Origin: Haliotis rubra
Lineage: Eukaryota
DNA length: 64,000 nt
Reading direction: 5' to 3'
NCBI RefSeq assembly: GCF_003918875.1
Contig: NW_025766447.1
Coordinates: 3,844,001 to 3,908,000, forward strand
How positions within the stretch are numbered: the stretch's first letter is position 1; the number at the start of each line of letters is the position of its first letter. The notes below the pieces were generated by a model. That model saw only the letters and a program-made list of their open reading frames with translations. It searched no databases and was not told where the DNA came from. Shown here piece after piece: positions 1 through 13,218 of the stretch. Position numbers and translations under genes: made by a program.

Positions 1-3000
1 CCATCCAAATGCACCTCACTATTTGTGACTATATATTTATTCATGGTGGCATTTGCATCGGGTGGAGCAAGCATTATAATAACGCACAGTCTCTGAAAAT
101 ATCTGAATAGAAAGATAGAAATGATATATTTGAGTGAACTGAAGCCCCAGTGGGATCGGGGTTTCAGGCTGGCTGACCCGTGTGGAAAATCTAGACTTGC
201 TTCATTAGGGTTCATTACGGTAATGGGTGGGCGACAAGGAAACGGGTAAGGGAGTGTAAGGGAGACTGTGGGGCCACGTATGTCCCACTCGCATAGCTTT
301 CAATATATCGTATACAGCGAAACTGGGTGTGTAGTAGCGTGTGTTTTCACGATCATTGCGATCAGTTTGGTTCGGATGGGACGGGCACCACTGAATCAAG
401 AATAACATCATTAATGCTTGGGTATGTGGGAGTGTTTTTAAGGGGATCGCCCATGTACATGATGGTTGAATGTGTAGATGTGATCTGTCACTGTTTCCGG
501 ACAATTACGCCTTCTTAAACGTCGTCAGCCATGACGATATCATGCTAACGCCTATTCCGCCTGGAGTACGTGACTCTATACAGACAACCCTTGTTAACCA
601 TGAGAGGGAATCGCATCAATGAAATTGCATCACAATGTTTTGCATAAAATTGATGTCACGAGGTAACAAAAATCAAATGACGCCACCATTATCTCTACCC
701 GTGACGCTTTATTTGAGATATTTGAGATAATCTACGTCATTCGTAAGCCAATACTAAAGTATGGAGTTCCGATAGGTCGTAACTTTACGAACGCCTTGTG
801 AATCGAGACTCAGGCCATTACACCTCGTAAAACAGCATACGTTTGGGTGAATGATTTAGAAAGATAAATAGAATAGCACTCACGTGTTTTCCAAACTGAG
901 GTAAACTACTGAGCAAATGAAAGTTACACCGATATCTAATGACGGCGAGAATGGAACAGATAAGAAATGCGATGGCGATGTATTAGATGCGGTATACTGC
1001 TTGTATTTTGACCTTAATTTTGGAGTCTTTCGGTCTTTTGAGTCTGGTAACGTTTTAATACGGTCTGTAATGTTTCATCAAATCCAGTTTCTAAATGTAT
1101 GCTTTGTTTTGTCAGACAGTCTTTATCAAACAAGTTGACAAAAGAGATATCTCAAAGACAGTAGTTTTCATATTATACGTTTTCATGCGTTTTTTCAAAC
1201 CTATACGTTGAATCAAATTGAAACGCCTGATAGTTGAGTAATTTATTGTCTTTCAGACAATTGCGTCTGGAAAAAAACAGGGAATGACATCATGAACATC
1301 GATCTACGAAAATCGGTGCGGAGCCTTGCAATCAGTCAATTCAGCAAACCTAACCAAGCTATCTATTTACTCGCTTCTTACGACTGGTATACGTTGCTGG
1401 AGACCCATTCTTACGAGAACATTCCCATTCGTTTGATTTGTACTTATGGGCGCCGGGTGTTGTTGAATGTAGTCTTATGGGGTAGTACACAAGTTTTATA
1501 TGCCCTTTGTTTACTATGTACTTTATTTATTTACTTATTGACCGACTACAAGGTCACCTCTGCTACTAAACTGTCAGCCCAAAGTTGTGTTGTGGTGTAT
1601 TTATCTATCTTGTTTGTTTTGTTTACATATCATTTCTAAAACATTTCTTTGAAGTAAAACCAGAAGTTGTTCATATTAATGTTCAATTACGTTTTAAACA
1701 TTCTTTTGAATTTACATGCTGACTAATGGTATTCTACGACCAGTACCGGCAGTCGTACTTAACGTTAGCTTGAACCATAATATTCTTTTGGAACAACACA
1801 GGAAAAGCACTACGATTATGGCGGTAGAGGGCCGTACTGCACAGGTTTCAGTTAAAATGCATCAAGTATGAGGGCAAAGAAATTCAGGTATTTTGTAATA
1901 ACATTTATGACGTGTAATAACATTTGTTCACGACATACACATTATGCGCCATCTGCGTCCTAGTATAAGAGGTTATCAGTGAGATCAGCTCATCTTGTAT
2001 TGTTTAACTGAATTTAATCTTTAACACTGAGTCTAAAGTTCATAAACACTTTTAATGACATATTAACCATGTGCACAATTTTTTATATCGTCATATAGAA
2101 ACGGATGAATGCGGCAAAAGCTTCCTCGTCCTCAGCAGATAGGGCGATACAACATTAAAAAAGGGGACTATTGTATTACATATAGGAAGAGAGATGTACA
2201 TGCCGCAGTGCTTACACAAGTGACGGAAGACATTACGCTGAAACGATTTAAATGTTAATTTATTCGTATATTCGGCTACATTGTGGAACACAACAAAAGT
2301 ATAAGGGCCTCCAGGTCCTTTACTTCTACAAAGGTGACAAACTTCCTCATCCAAGCTGCACGCAGACAGGGGCCCCCACTCAACTGGATGTCTTGACAAC
2401 AAATACAGACGGAAGCTACATTGTTGGGGAGGGTCAGTACACAGCACACCGGTATACCGAAGGAACACTGGCATGGTTGTTGGGTGATATGTGGGCCATA
2501 CGGACCTGTTCCTGGTAAGCAATTATTGGCTCGATCAAGCATGGCTCTGTTCCAACGATAGTAAAAGAAGTGCTAAACGGGTTCGCAATGCTGTTTGATA
2601 CAAATGACGTCCGTGGTCACGTTTCTCGTCATCATTCCTACTTATTGCACCTGGCGGGGTACGGGTGACGTCCAAGAAGCCCCCAGTCTATGTGCAGAAT
2701 TGCGTCCCTTATACATGACAGGATTCGATTATCATGGGTTCGAATCCCTGATTTTCCCTGATTATAATCCTTTGTCAGCGCCATGCTGCACTGTTGTCAC
2801 CAAACTTGTAAAAGTGCCAGAGAACTAGTAAGAAATGTAATTTTGTCGACATTGTACGCAGTTCAATGTCGATGGCGCCAACTAAAGGTAAACATCCTAT
2901 AATCAATCGCACTGATCACAGGAGAACCCCAGTAGTCTATACAGTCCTTTGACACTAACATACATGCTAAGTAACATGACCGGACAATGGCAGCCTTTTC

Positions 3001-3230
3001 CGTCTGCCAGATCCTAGAGACAATATTCATATTGAATGTAACCTAAGTGTAGAATGATTTGGCAAGTCTTGCTTGGCTTAGCTTTAGGGTGTGTTAAGCA
3101 CTGCTCATGGGTTATATTTGGATTATACTATTTATTAGATACATATTGTTACATGAGACAATTTTATTTCTAAGACTAGATGCTAGTCCAAAGACAACCC
3201 CAGTCAGCTTAACGAGGTCTAAGGCGAGAG

Positions 3231-3354
3231 GTCATGCCGAAGACCCGGGTTCGATTCCCCACATGATTACAATGTGTGAAGCCCATTCTGGTGTCCCCCG
3301 CCGTGATATTGCTGGAATATTGCTAAAAGCGGCGTAAAACAGTACTCACTCACT
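3231..3354 (+). mobile_element. tRNA-derived SINE family A, 5'-truncated
   Basis: B box GGTTCGATTCC, body GAAGCCCATT(T)CTGGTGTCCCC, tail GCTGGAATATTGCTAAAAGCGGCGTAAAAC..(CTCA)n. Confidence 0.85.
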
Positions 3355-3609
3355 TGTGCAACAACATCCACCACAACCACAACAACTGCTGCCAACACGT
3401 ATGTACGTATGCCAAATGATTTGTTCGTACGTTAGTAGATGCCGTTTATACAATGTGAGTACCAATGACCTTTTCACTTCATCCTTTTATGTCAAGTTGC
3501 GTGTTCAAGACTGAGTGTCAACATTGTCGTTTGTTCAACAGTGCGGTCCGAAAGTGTTTAAAATCGGTTGAGTATAGAGCCAGACTATTATCAGATGTCT
3601 GTTGTTATC

Positions 3610-4080
3610 CCCAGAGCACAAAGCAGCGCTGCCCAGTTATCACCGACGGCAATGCTAGGCCTATAGGCCACATCGGGCACCTGCCGTTAGTCTTACATCA
3701 AGAGGCGGCAGCAACTCGGCCTTGGCACGCCAGGGGTCTAGATCTCAATCCCAATAGAGCATGTTTGGGACATTACCTCCAGCGATTTCCTCCAGGAGAA
3801 ACTCTTCATGTATTGAAACAAGCTATTCGTCAAGACTGGAAGGCAGTACCTCAAAGTCATATTTAACATCTGATACAGTCAATGTGGAGAAGGGTAAAGG
3901 TTGTTATTGCAGATGGCGGAGATTACACCATATATTGACAGTTTGCACGGTTATTGATATTTCTGTGATTTCTTGAGAAATGTGTGCAAGAATCTTGACC
4001 GCACTTGTTAACTTCATACGACCGTAGTTATCAAAACTGATCAGTGTTTCGCCATGTTTACTTATCTGAATACACAGTGT
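3610..4080 (+). mobile_element. Degenerate Tc1/mariner transposase 3' fragment
   Basis: WHARGLDLNP/IEHVWD resembles WPARSPDLNPIEHVWD, followed by ...SMWRRVKVVIADGGDYTIY*; frameshifted. Confidence 0.75.
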
Positions 4081-5913
4081 TTGGTTCTTTTTGGGCTTGG
4101 TTTTGTTATTTTATTATTCGTTGAGGGTCTGTTTATCCAGATAGTAAGTTATATTCAGGTTGTGATAAATTGCTTTGCTATGGCTAATGGTAACATAGTG
4201 ATACTATGTAAAATATGGGCGTTGCCATACATTTTCCATGTGTATAAATGTTAGTCTAGGCCTAGCAACTTACTGGAAACTGATTCACTGAATGCTCAAG
4301 CTGCATCACTCTGAGGGGAGAGTCAAGGTGCGCTGATGTCAACATATGAACGTTCGTCAACATATGGACTGCCTTGAACACGCGAGTGTCAATCATCAAG
4401 GGTCTCGATGCGCAGTAGGTGTTCGTTACTTCTCACCTACAACTCTGGTTACCCAATATGCGTGTCAGGTCTGTTTTCTGTACGTTTATGGTCACATGTG
4501 AAGTCTTTTTTTTTTTATAAATTACCATCTCTCACTTCGTAGATCATTCAACGTCAATTGAAGTCTACTTCAGCGATAGTCTGGTGCTTATTACGAGTTC
4601 CGTTATCAATGCCAGTGCTCGATTTCCCCTAGTGTAACATGTGAATAACATTTCTAGTTTCACCTACTGTGAAATCATTATGATATTGCTAAAATCCACG
4701 AATAGCTATACGCAATTACTATTTCAGTACTTGAATGTTTATCCATCTCGGTCTCCAGCATTAATGAATAATGATATTGATTTCGTAACTGAGATAGTAG
4801 ATTGTTTCATATCGGGGAATATATATGTTTTCCAAAAATCTGTATGTTTCTAGTTTCATTCTCTAAGATAACACGTGAGTGTATGTAATCAGGATTAATT
4901 TTTTTGCCCTTTATTTGTAATATATTAATGCTACTATTAAGTCATGATCATAAAGTAACGACTGAAGCCTAAACTTTGGATTTGACATTGACCTGAAATG
5001 GTTTAAATATATAGTCCCTAATACACTGTTATACACTGTGGGATACTGGCGTGGAGTACCTTACCTTCATGCAGCCTAACAACATGGTTTGAAAGCAATA
5101 TGACGATATATATTTTACCTTGGTGATGTCTGTAGCCCTCGACTTCAGAAAATATTACTAACAATAAATACCCGTTTCTTACAAATACACGTTTTCTTAC
5201 TACTATATATTTTAAAATTTCTTTCTGATATGTTTGAAAAGGTTCGACAACTTCTATATTCTCTATATTCTACGTGATAGTACACTATTTATGAGCAGAA
5301 GTACATGTGGAAGTATTTACTTTGATATCTATTCAAAGTTTGATCGTTTTATTCATACATTCACTTGAATAAATGCCTATTTAATAATACGAGAACAATA
5401 TCAGCTGACAAGACGTAGGGAAAGGTTAGTATGCATCATAGTATCATTCTCGATTATACAGTGTACGGTATTTCCATGACTGTTATAGTACGCTGGATAA
5501 TCCAAGATGCAGAGTGATTACTCAAGCACATGTTTAGCAAAGTGTCATGGGATCCCACCATTTTCAAAACGTGTTATGAAAATATATATTTAAAGTTATC
5601 ATATGTGATTCAAACATATATTTAGCATCAACATAATTATGAAATTAACTTGGCGGGGCGTAGTTGTATCATGAATGTATGTATGGTTGGGTGTGTGGTG
5701 TTTCATACACCTCTTCGTTACACCTCAAGTTAATGGTTCGAAAGTAACTGAACAAAGTAGTCTCGGTGCCCTGGAACAGTTGAACATGCATACCTTTGTT
5801 TCATACAAAACATATGACGAAAGGTTTCGCTGATCGTCAAACTGAGTTTCTCGGGAAACTACTACTTTCGAACAAGGCTTAGCAACGTTTCCTTGTATCA
5901 GTTGAACAACAAT

Positions 5914-6149
5914 TTGTTTGGTGTTTAACGCTGGATTCAGCAATATTCCAGCTATATGGCGGCGGTCTGTCAATAATCGAGTCTGGACCAGACAACCCAG
6001 TGATCAACATCATGAGCATCAATCTATGTAATTGGGATACGATGACATGTGTCAACCAAGTCAATGAGCCTGACCACCCGATCCCGTTAGTCGCCTCTTA
6101 CGACAAGCATAGGCTGCTGAAGACCAATTTTAACCCGAATCTTCACGGG
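5914..6149 (-). mobile_element. SINE-like family B with non-tRNA head (CCCGTGAAGAT...GCTTGTCGTAAGAGGCGACTAA)
   Basis: ~240-bp repeat with 4 copies in the window; tail GCTGGAATATTGCTGA shared with family A. Confidence 0.85.
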
Positions 6150-8494
6150 TATTGATCCAAAGGATAAAATGGGTATCACAATCCAGTGTGCGAACTAGAA
6201 AAATAACAATTTTAAACTACCAATTCATTTTGTAGGTACTAATATTTTGTTTTAAGGACAGTAGGCTAGTTTTATAGAACTTTCCAAATGAAGTCAACTA
6301 AGGTGAACTTCTGAACGTCTACTTCTGATACTCCGGTAATGATGTCCTGGATTCATACACGATACACAAGCCCTCATATTCTGAATGTTACTTGCTTTCC
6401 TGGATTATTTTAATTTTACAATTTTTCGGTTAGGCAGAACCTGGAAACCAGTTTTAAAATAACATATTACTCATTTACACCATGACTGTTGTAATATACA
6501 GAGATCACTGATGCCCTTAGGTAAGCTGATCATAATATCTGTACTGTTAACTACATAAAATCCCCAAACATTTTGAGCAGTTCTTGCGAAACACAAGCAT
6601 GGGGCCCTATTCCTGCAGTGGTCGTGACCCATGCCTCGCTTTAATGGTCATTACCCTGTCTAACTAGGCCCCAGTTGTGAAAGGGTATACCCTTGTTTAT
6701 ATGGAAATGATTATTCATTATACCGAGTCATGACTCCATGGATATATTTTGTCCCCCGAGTCATGGCTGATCAGCTCTGCGTGGGTATGACTGTCGGCAA
6801 GTCACGATCACAAGAATTCCCCTCACTTCAATATTGCGCAACACCCTCTACATGTGTAGTGTTTTGTATATGTGTGTCAAGGGCACATTTACACCCGGTT
6901 AGACATGGGAATTGCCAGTCTCTTTTTGTACAATGTCTATCCCAATCTTCCATCCCGTACACCCCCCATGCCACAGCAGGACACACAGGTGTGCTTGTCA
7001 GTCGAGGAGTTATTCCACCTCACTCGTCTGTGCTGTTACAGGTTTTATACACTTGTGCTCAGTCACACACCTGGGAAAGAAGGCCCAGAACACGTACGAA
7101 GTTGTTTTTAAGTAAATAACCTGACAATTTCTTTTTCAGTTCATAAGTTCAATTTACACTTGGATTAAAAGAGTGTAAGTACCAACTACGACACACACAC
7201 ACCACTACTTCTTCACCATAATATGGCAGCCCTGTGTAAATAGGGATATGTTAATTTTTATATCTCATATATCATATCAAGGGTGATGGGCACCGCCATG
7301 GTCATAACTTTCTACAACATGTTTTTATTACCTTACACAAATTACGGAATGGCAATAAATTTTATACTTGAGCTGCTTAATGTGGATATGAACTATGTAA
7401 TGGTCAAGGTCACTGTGAACCGTAATCAAATCTGTTACTGAAATGCCATTTACTGCTGATAGCTTTAAGTGGTGTGAATTAATGGTCATATTATTTGCAT
7501 TTATATATACAATCTCAACACCAGAAAATAATCTGTTTCCTTCAGATTCTATGGCACCTAAAATACAAAATAGTGATTAAAATAACAGGAATGGATCATT
7601 GGTAATCAGTTATGAGACCAAGTGTTTGCGAAAATGAAAAGCATCTTCTGCTCTACCGATATCACTCGCCACTAAAATGTTTATTGCTGAACGCCACACT
7701 TAGCAGTTCACCGCCATATGACAACTGATATCTACTGTAAATACAGAAACATAATAATACGCCAAATTATTGCAAGTATGAAATTACTGTGAGCAGCCCT
7801 GCCTATGAACTGAAATATACAACACATTAGCAAGTATGTCATCTGCTACCTTCACAAACTAACTTGCTTGAGATGTGATCTAACTTACAAACAGATCTTG
7901 AGCTTAATAACATTGTTTATTGTAAGTTTTGTTCCATGTGCCATTGTTTTCATCCTTGAGCAAAGAAGATGGCATGCAATACACCAATGTCCAGACCCAA
8001 GAGTGCCACTCATCAATGTGAGCAAGGAGCACCTACATGTTTCGCATTAATTTCATAGTATCTTATGTGTTGTATGAAAGGGAGGCAATCCTCCTGTTTC
8101 GTGAAATACCTGTAAATATTCACACTGACGGACATCCACTAAGAAATGCATGATGTTCACAGGAACTTAAGCAGTGTCCACTAGTATGATAAGATATGGT
8201 GCATACCATCTTTGGGGTGTTGCACTGAAATATTGCTTTGAAAAATCTCCATTGAAAGTCAAGGTAGCTGGTATGGTCATTTTTGGGGTAATTTTACCAC
8301 TTTGTGCACAGAATATCAACAATGCTCATGACATCAGTAACTGGACTGTTGGATCATGACTATTTACATGTCACCATGACACACCAGAAATACTGATAAC
8401 TGAAGGGAAAAACATCATTATGTATAGTATTCCCAGAAATTACATTTCTACTGGGGTTTGTTAGACTCAGCATAGCAATGTAACGAAAAATACA

Positions 8495-8730
8495 GAGCTT
8501 AAGTTTACCTAGACTGGAAATCGTGTGACAGCGTATCCCAATATTCAACCACTTCCTTCTTCATATCCTCAATATTTCTAAGTCATGTTTTGGTTTATTC
8601 TGTCCTTCATTAGTCCCCACACATTCTCAATAGGGTTAAGATCTGGGTTGTAGCTGGGCCAGTCTAAAACTTGAACATTTTCGTCTGACAACCACTGTTT
8701 TTTGTAGCCAGCAGTGTGTTTTTGGTCGTA
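8495..8730 (-). mobile_element. Tc1-family transposase fragment
   Basis: Minus strand encodes VLDWPSYNPDLNPIENVWGLMK...EDMKKEVVEYWDTLSHDF. Confidence 0.85.
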
Positions 8731-9399
8731 CAATGGTGAGAGAATTCCTCACTTTTTTACCTAGTTAAGTCTTTGTAATTCTTGTTTAAGGGTTTTATTA
8801 CATACCTGAGGGCTTCCTCTATTAATCACCTCATTTCTGATATTCTCAACCCTTTTCAAGTTTCCCCTACTCACAATTTGACCAAGTCACCAGCGATCCA
8901 TAGTAATGAATCTGACATGTCAACAAAGGAAGCCGTCTACTCTACCAGGTAGATAACTCTTGATGTAGTAAGGTTAATTCTTAAGAACACAAGAGTTGCC
9001 TACCTTGAGTACCTTACTACATAATGTAACACTTATTTTAAAATTCTATTATCAGTATTAGGAAACAAAGATTTTCTCAATAATTTCTGAGAAACTGTAT
9101 TCCTGTCACTGTAAGCTTTTCAGTGATCAAGTATGACATATACAGATCTATACCCCCCAAAATGAAACACACTATCACAAATATTCTGGTTTATTGTTGG
9201 ATTACAATACATAAACAAACTGATTACCATTATTACTATATCCCCCTCAAAAGAATTTAAACATGGTTCTTTGATATTACTAAAGTTAATCTGTCATGGC
9301 AAGCAATGTATCATGTAAAACCATGTGTCATGAAGTTCGTCTGATATGGACTTTGCCTTCAATTGATTATGACACCTTCATGACACTCAAAGACACTGA

Positions 9400-10031
9400 A
9401 ATTCTGGACCAAACAAACTGAAAAACCTTTGTATCAGCGCCCAAAGTACAGTCCGAAATTTGACGAGTGGGGTGGCATATCTGTTAGGGGAAACGCCCCT
9501 CTGTGTATTTGAAAGGAATATGAACAGTGAGCGGTACACAGATATTCTTGAGGGACATTTACTTCCATCTGCTCACGTGTTCTATGGAAATTTTTGGATT
9601 TTCCAGCAGGACAAACGACCAAAAACATCGTTCAAAGCATTCACAGGCCTGGTTTCGGACCCAAAATATGACATTATTAGATTGGCCAAGCTATAGCCCT
9701 GACCTAAATCCAGTAGAAAATGTTTGGTGACTTATGAAGGAAAGTGTCAACACGAAAAATCTGACAAATATTGCTGAAATGAAAGAAGAGGTGATCCGAT
9801 ATTGGGACAGCATGGGCCACGACTTTCTAACTTCTTTGATCAGTAGTATGCCCCGCCACATTGAAGCCTGCATTGCTGCCCATGGTGACTTGACAAAGTA
9901 CTAACTGTTCACCTGTCTTTGAATCTGGAGTTATGTTCTGCTAGTATTCAAATTAATACGTGAGTAATGAGTGAATTTAAAAAAAAAAAAATTACAATCT
10001 TTAAATTCTCAATAATTTCTGATTGTACGGT
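9400..10031 (+). mobile_element. Tc1-family transposase fragment plus right terminus
   Basis: WGGIS, FQQD/NDQKH, LLDWPSYSPDLNPVENVW, SMPRHIEACIAAHGDLTKY*. Terminus TTCTCAATAATTTCTGA..TA, with a related copy at 9073-9099. Confidence 0.88.
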
Positions 10032-10032
10032 A

Positions 10033-11906
10033 TCCTGGTATGACCTGAATCATCATTCATCACACTTGAGATGTATAAACAACATATGTCCTGGTATGAC
10101 CTGAATCATCATTCGCACATGAGATGTATAAACAACATATGTCCTGGTATGACCTGAATCATCATTCATCACACTTGAGATGTATAAACAACATATGTCC
10201 TGGTATGACCTGAATCATCATTCATCACACATGAGATGTATAAACAACATATGTCCTGGTATGACCTGAATCATCATTCATCACACATGAGGTGTATAAA
10301 CAACATATATCCTGGTATGACCTGAATCATCATTCATCACACATGAGATGTATAAACAACATATATCCTGGTATGACCTGAATTATCATTCATCACACAT
10401 GAAGTGTATAAACAACATATATCCTGGTATGACCTGAATCATCATTCATCACACATGAGATGTATAAACAACATATATCCTGGTATGACCTGAATCATCA
10501 TTCATCACACATGAGGTGTATAAACAACATATGTCCTGGTAGGACCTGAATCATCATTCATCACACATGAGGTGTATAAACAACATATGTCCTGGTATGA
10601 CCTGAATCATCATTCATCACACATGAGGTGTATAAAAAACATATGTCCTGGTATGACCTGAATCATCATTCATCACACATGAGATGTATAAACAACATAT
10701 ATCCTGCTATGACTTACACCATCATTCATCACACATGAGATGTATAAACAACATATATCCTGGTATGACCTGAATCATCATTCATCACACATGAGGTGTA
10801 TAAACAACATATATCCTGGTATGACCTGAATCATCATTCAGCACACATGAGATGTATAAACAACATATATCCTGCTATGACTTACACCATCATTCATCAC
10901 ACATGAGATGTATAAACAACATATATCCTGGTATGACCTGAATCATCATTCATCACACATGAGATGTATAAACAACATATATCCTGCTATGACTTACACC
11001 ATCATTCATCACACATGAGATGTATAAACAACATATATCCTGGTATGACCTGAATCATCATTCATCACACATGAGATGTATAAACAACATATGTCCTGGT
11101 ATGACCTGAATCATCATTCATCACACATGAGGTGTATAAACAACATATGTCCTGGTATGACCTGAATCATCATTCATCACACACAAGATGTATAAACAAC
11201 ATATATCCTGGTATGACCTGAATCATCATTCATCACACATGAGATGTATAAACAACATATATCCTGCTATGACTTACACCATCATTCATCACACATGAGA
11301 TGTATAAACAACATATATCCTGGTATGACCTGAATCATCATTCAGCACACATGAGGTGTATAAACAACATATGTCCTGGTATGACTTACACCATCATTTA
11401 TCACACACGAGAGGTATAAACAACATATGTCCTGGTATGACCTGAATCATCATTCATCACACACGAGATGTATCAACAACATATGTCCTGGTATGACCTG
11501 AATCATCATTCATTACACATGAGGTGTATAAACAACATATGTCCTGGTATGACCTGAATCATCATTCATCACACATGAGGTGTATAAACAACTTATGTCC
11601 TGGTATGACCTGAATCACCATCATCACACATGAGGTGTATAAAAAACATATATCCTGGTATGACCTGAATCATCATTCATCACACATGAGGTGTATAAAC
11701 AACATATGTCCTGGTAGGACCTGAATCATCATTCATCACACATGAGGTGTATAAACAACATATGTCCTGGTAGGACCTGAATCATCATTCATCACACATG
11801 AGGTGTATAAACAACATATATCCTGGTATGACCTGAATCATCATTCATCACACACAAGATGTATAAACAACATATATCCTGGTATGACCTGAATCATCAT
11901 TTATCA
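10033..11906. repeat. 56-bp tandem repeat, ~33 copies
   Basis: Unit TCCTGGTATGACCTGAATCATCATTCATCACACATGAGATGTATAAACAACATATG. Confidence 0.97.
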
Positions 11907-11909
11907 CGC

Positions 11910-12087
11910 CCCAGTGTATTATATATACGTATTATATATACATATGCTTAACTTTCTTTCACATTTTAAAATGATTTGTACATAATCATGTATTTTGTAT
12001 TCATGTCATAATTCATTGTACTCTCCGAAATTATTGGAGGAAATAAAGACAATTCATTCATTCATTCATTCATTCATTCATTCATTC
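11910..12087 (+). mobile_element. Probable LINE 3' end with AATAAA and (TTCA)n tail
   Basis: AT-rich UTR-like segment, AATAAA, then a tetranucleotide tail. Confidence 0.45.
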
Positions 12088-12242
12088 TTTATGAGATATA
12101 AAATTTAGGAAGAATGAAGAAAGGCCTCAAAGAGAACATTCAACAGTGTAAGTAAATCATACAATAAAATTCAACACAGGTAAAGGAACTAACAGCAACA
12201 GTGCAAGGCCTAGGCAAAGCTGAATGAACCATCTATTGACAA

Positions 12243-12404
12243 GTGAGTGAGTTGGGATTTCCGCTGCTTTCAGCAATATTCCAGCAATATCACAGCAGGG
12301 GACACCAGAAATGGGCTTCACACACTGTACCCATGTCGGGAATCGAACCCGGGCCTTCGGCGTAACGAGTGATCGCTTTAACCACAAGGCTACCCCACCG
12401 CCCC
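12243..12404 (-). mobile_element. tRNA-derived SINE family A, full length
   Basis: A box (TAGCCTTGTGG) and B box; flanked by TTGAC(C)AAGTGAG duplication. Confidence 0.9.
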
Positions 12405-12916
12405 GTTGACCAAGTGAGAAACATCACCTTGTTTTTTTTCTCAACCATGATGTAAAGGTTGTGGAAGGAGCTTACAAGTCAGTACAGCCTCCTCAGTTCC
12501 CGCTAGTCTGCCAGCCCATGGCTTCTAAGTATGCTTAAGACATGTAAGAACCCAATGACTGTAGTCCTCACTGACTGGTAGAACTTGAGGCGAAAATGTT
12601 CAGACATTTACTAAAGCCCCAATGTTGCTACAAATTGAAATTGAATAAAACTGACAGAATATTTAAACAACACATTGTTTTGTTCAAGCAGGACTTGCTA
12701 CAAACTCTGAGGAATAATGACATTAGTCTCACAGATATACCCTTCTGAGGCTGCAGTATCTGAAGGAGCTTTCAATAGTTCTTCGTCAAGTCAAATGAAC
12801 ATACCCAACGATCTGTTCCATTCCACTTTGCTGATATCTACTGTGTACTTTGTACATACTGCAGAGTACTATCACAGGCTGTCTGTGATCCAGCAGTTCA
12901 AGTATTAAATAACAGC

Positions 12917-13218
12917 TCAATCATAATATCTGACGAGGAGGAAGTCTTTCAGTGATTGAGGTAGCTGAAGTTCATTTATGGCTGTGAGCCCCTTAAGTGT
13001 GAGACAATGCCGTAAACTTCCTCTGCATAGTCGCTTCAGACTTTTGGGGTTGTACATCTCCTTGTAGAGCCAGTCTCGGAACACAGGGACGCGGTCACAC
13101 AACACCTGGACGGCATCGCTGCTGAGTAGACTGTAGCTTCTGTCACAGTCAGCCAACAGCAGCAGCTGAAGCACTCGGAGCTTGCCTTGCATCACAGCAT
13201 TCTCTAGTGGTGTTCTAC
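12917..13218 (-). CDS. ASB-like last coding exon with SOCS box
   Basis: TTGCAG acceptor; GRTPLENA ankyrin repeat, BC-box (SLKRLCR) and Cul5-box-like LPQSL; TGA at 12917-12919. Confidence 0.92.

Noticed and set aside
6730-7119. Overlapping ORFs with faint Helitron/PIF1 motif resemblance (GMTVGKS)
   Set aside because: One weak motif only; no other helicase motifs found.
10033-11906. CRISPR-like array
   Set aside because: Units are contiguous near-identical tandem copies with no unique spacers, no cas genes, and a eukaryotic context.
12330-12404. tRNA genes (also 34790-34864 and other A/B-box hits)
   Set aside because: They are SINE heads joined to body, tail and TSD, with no complete acceptor stem.
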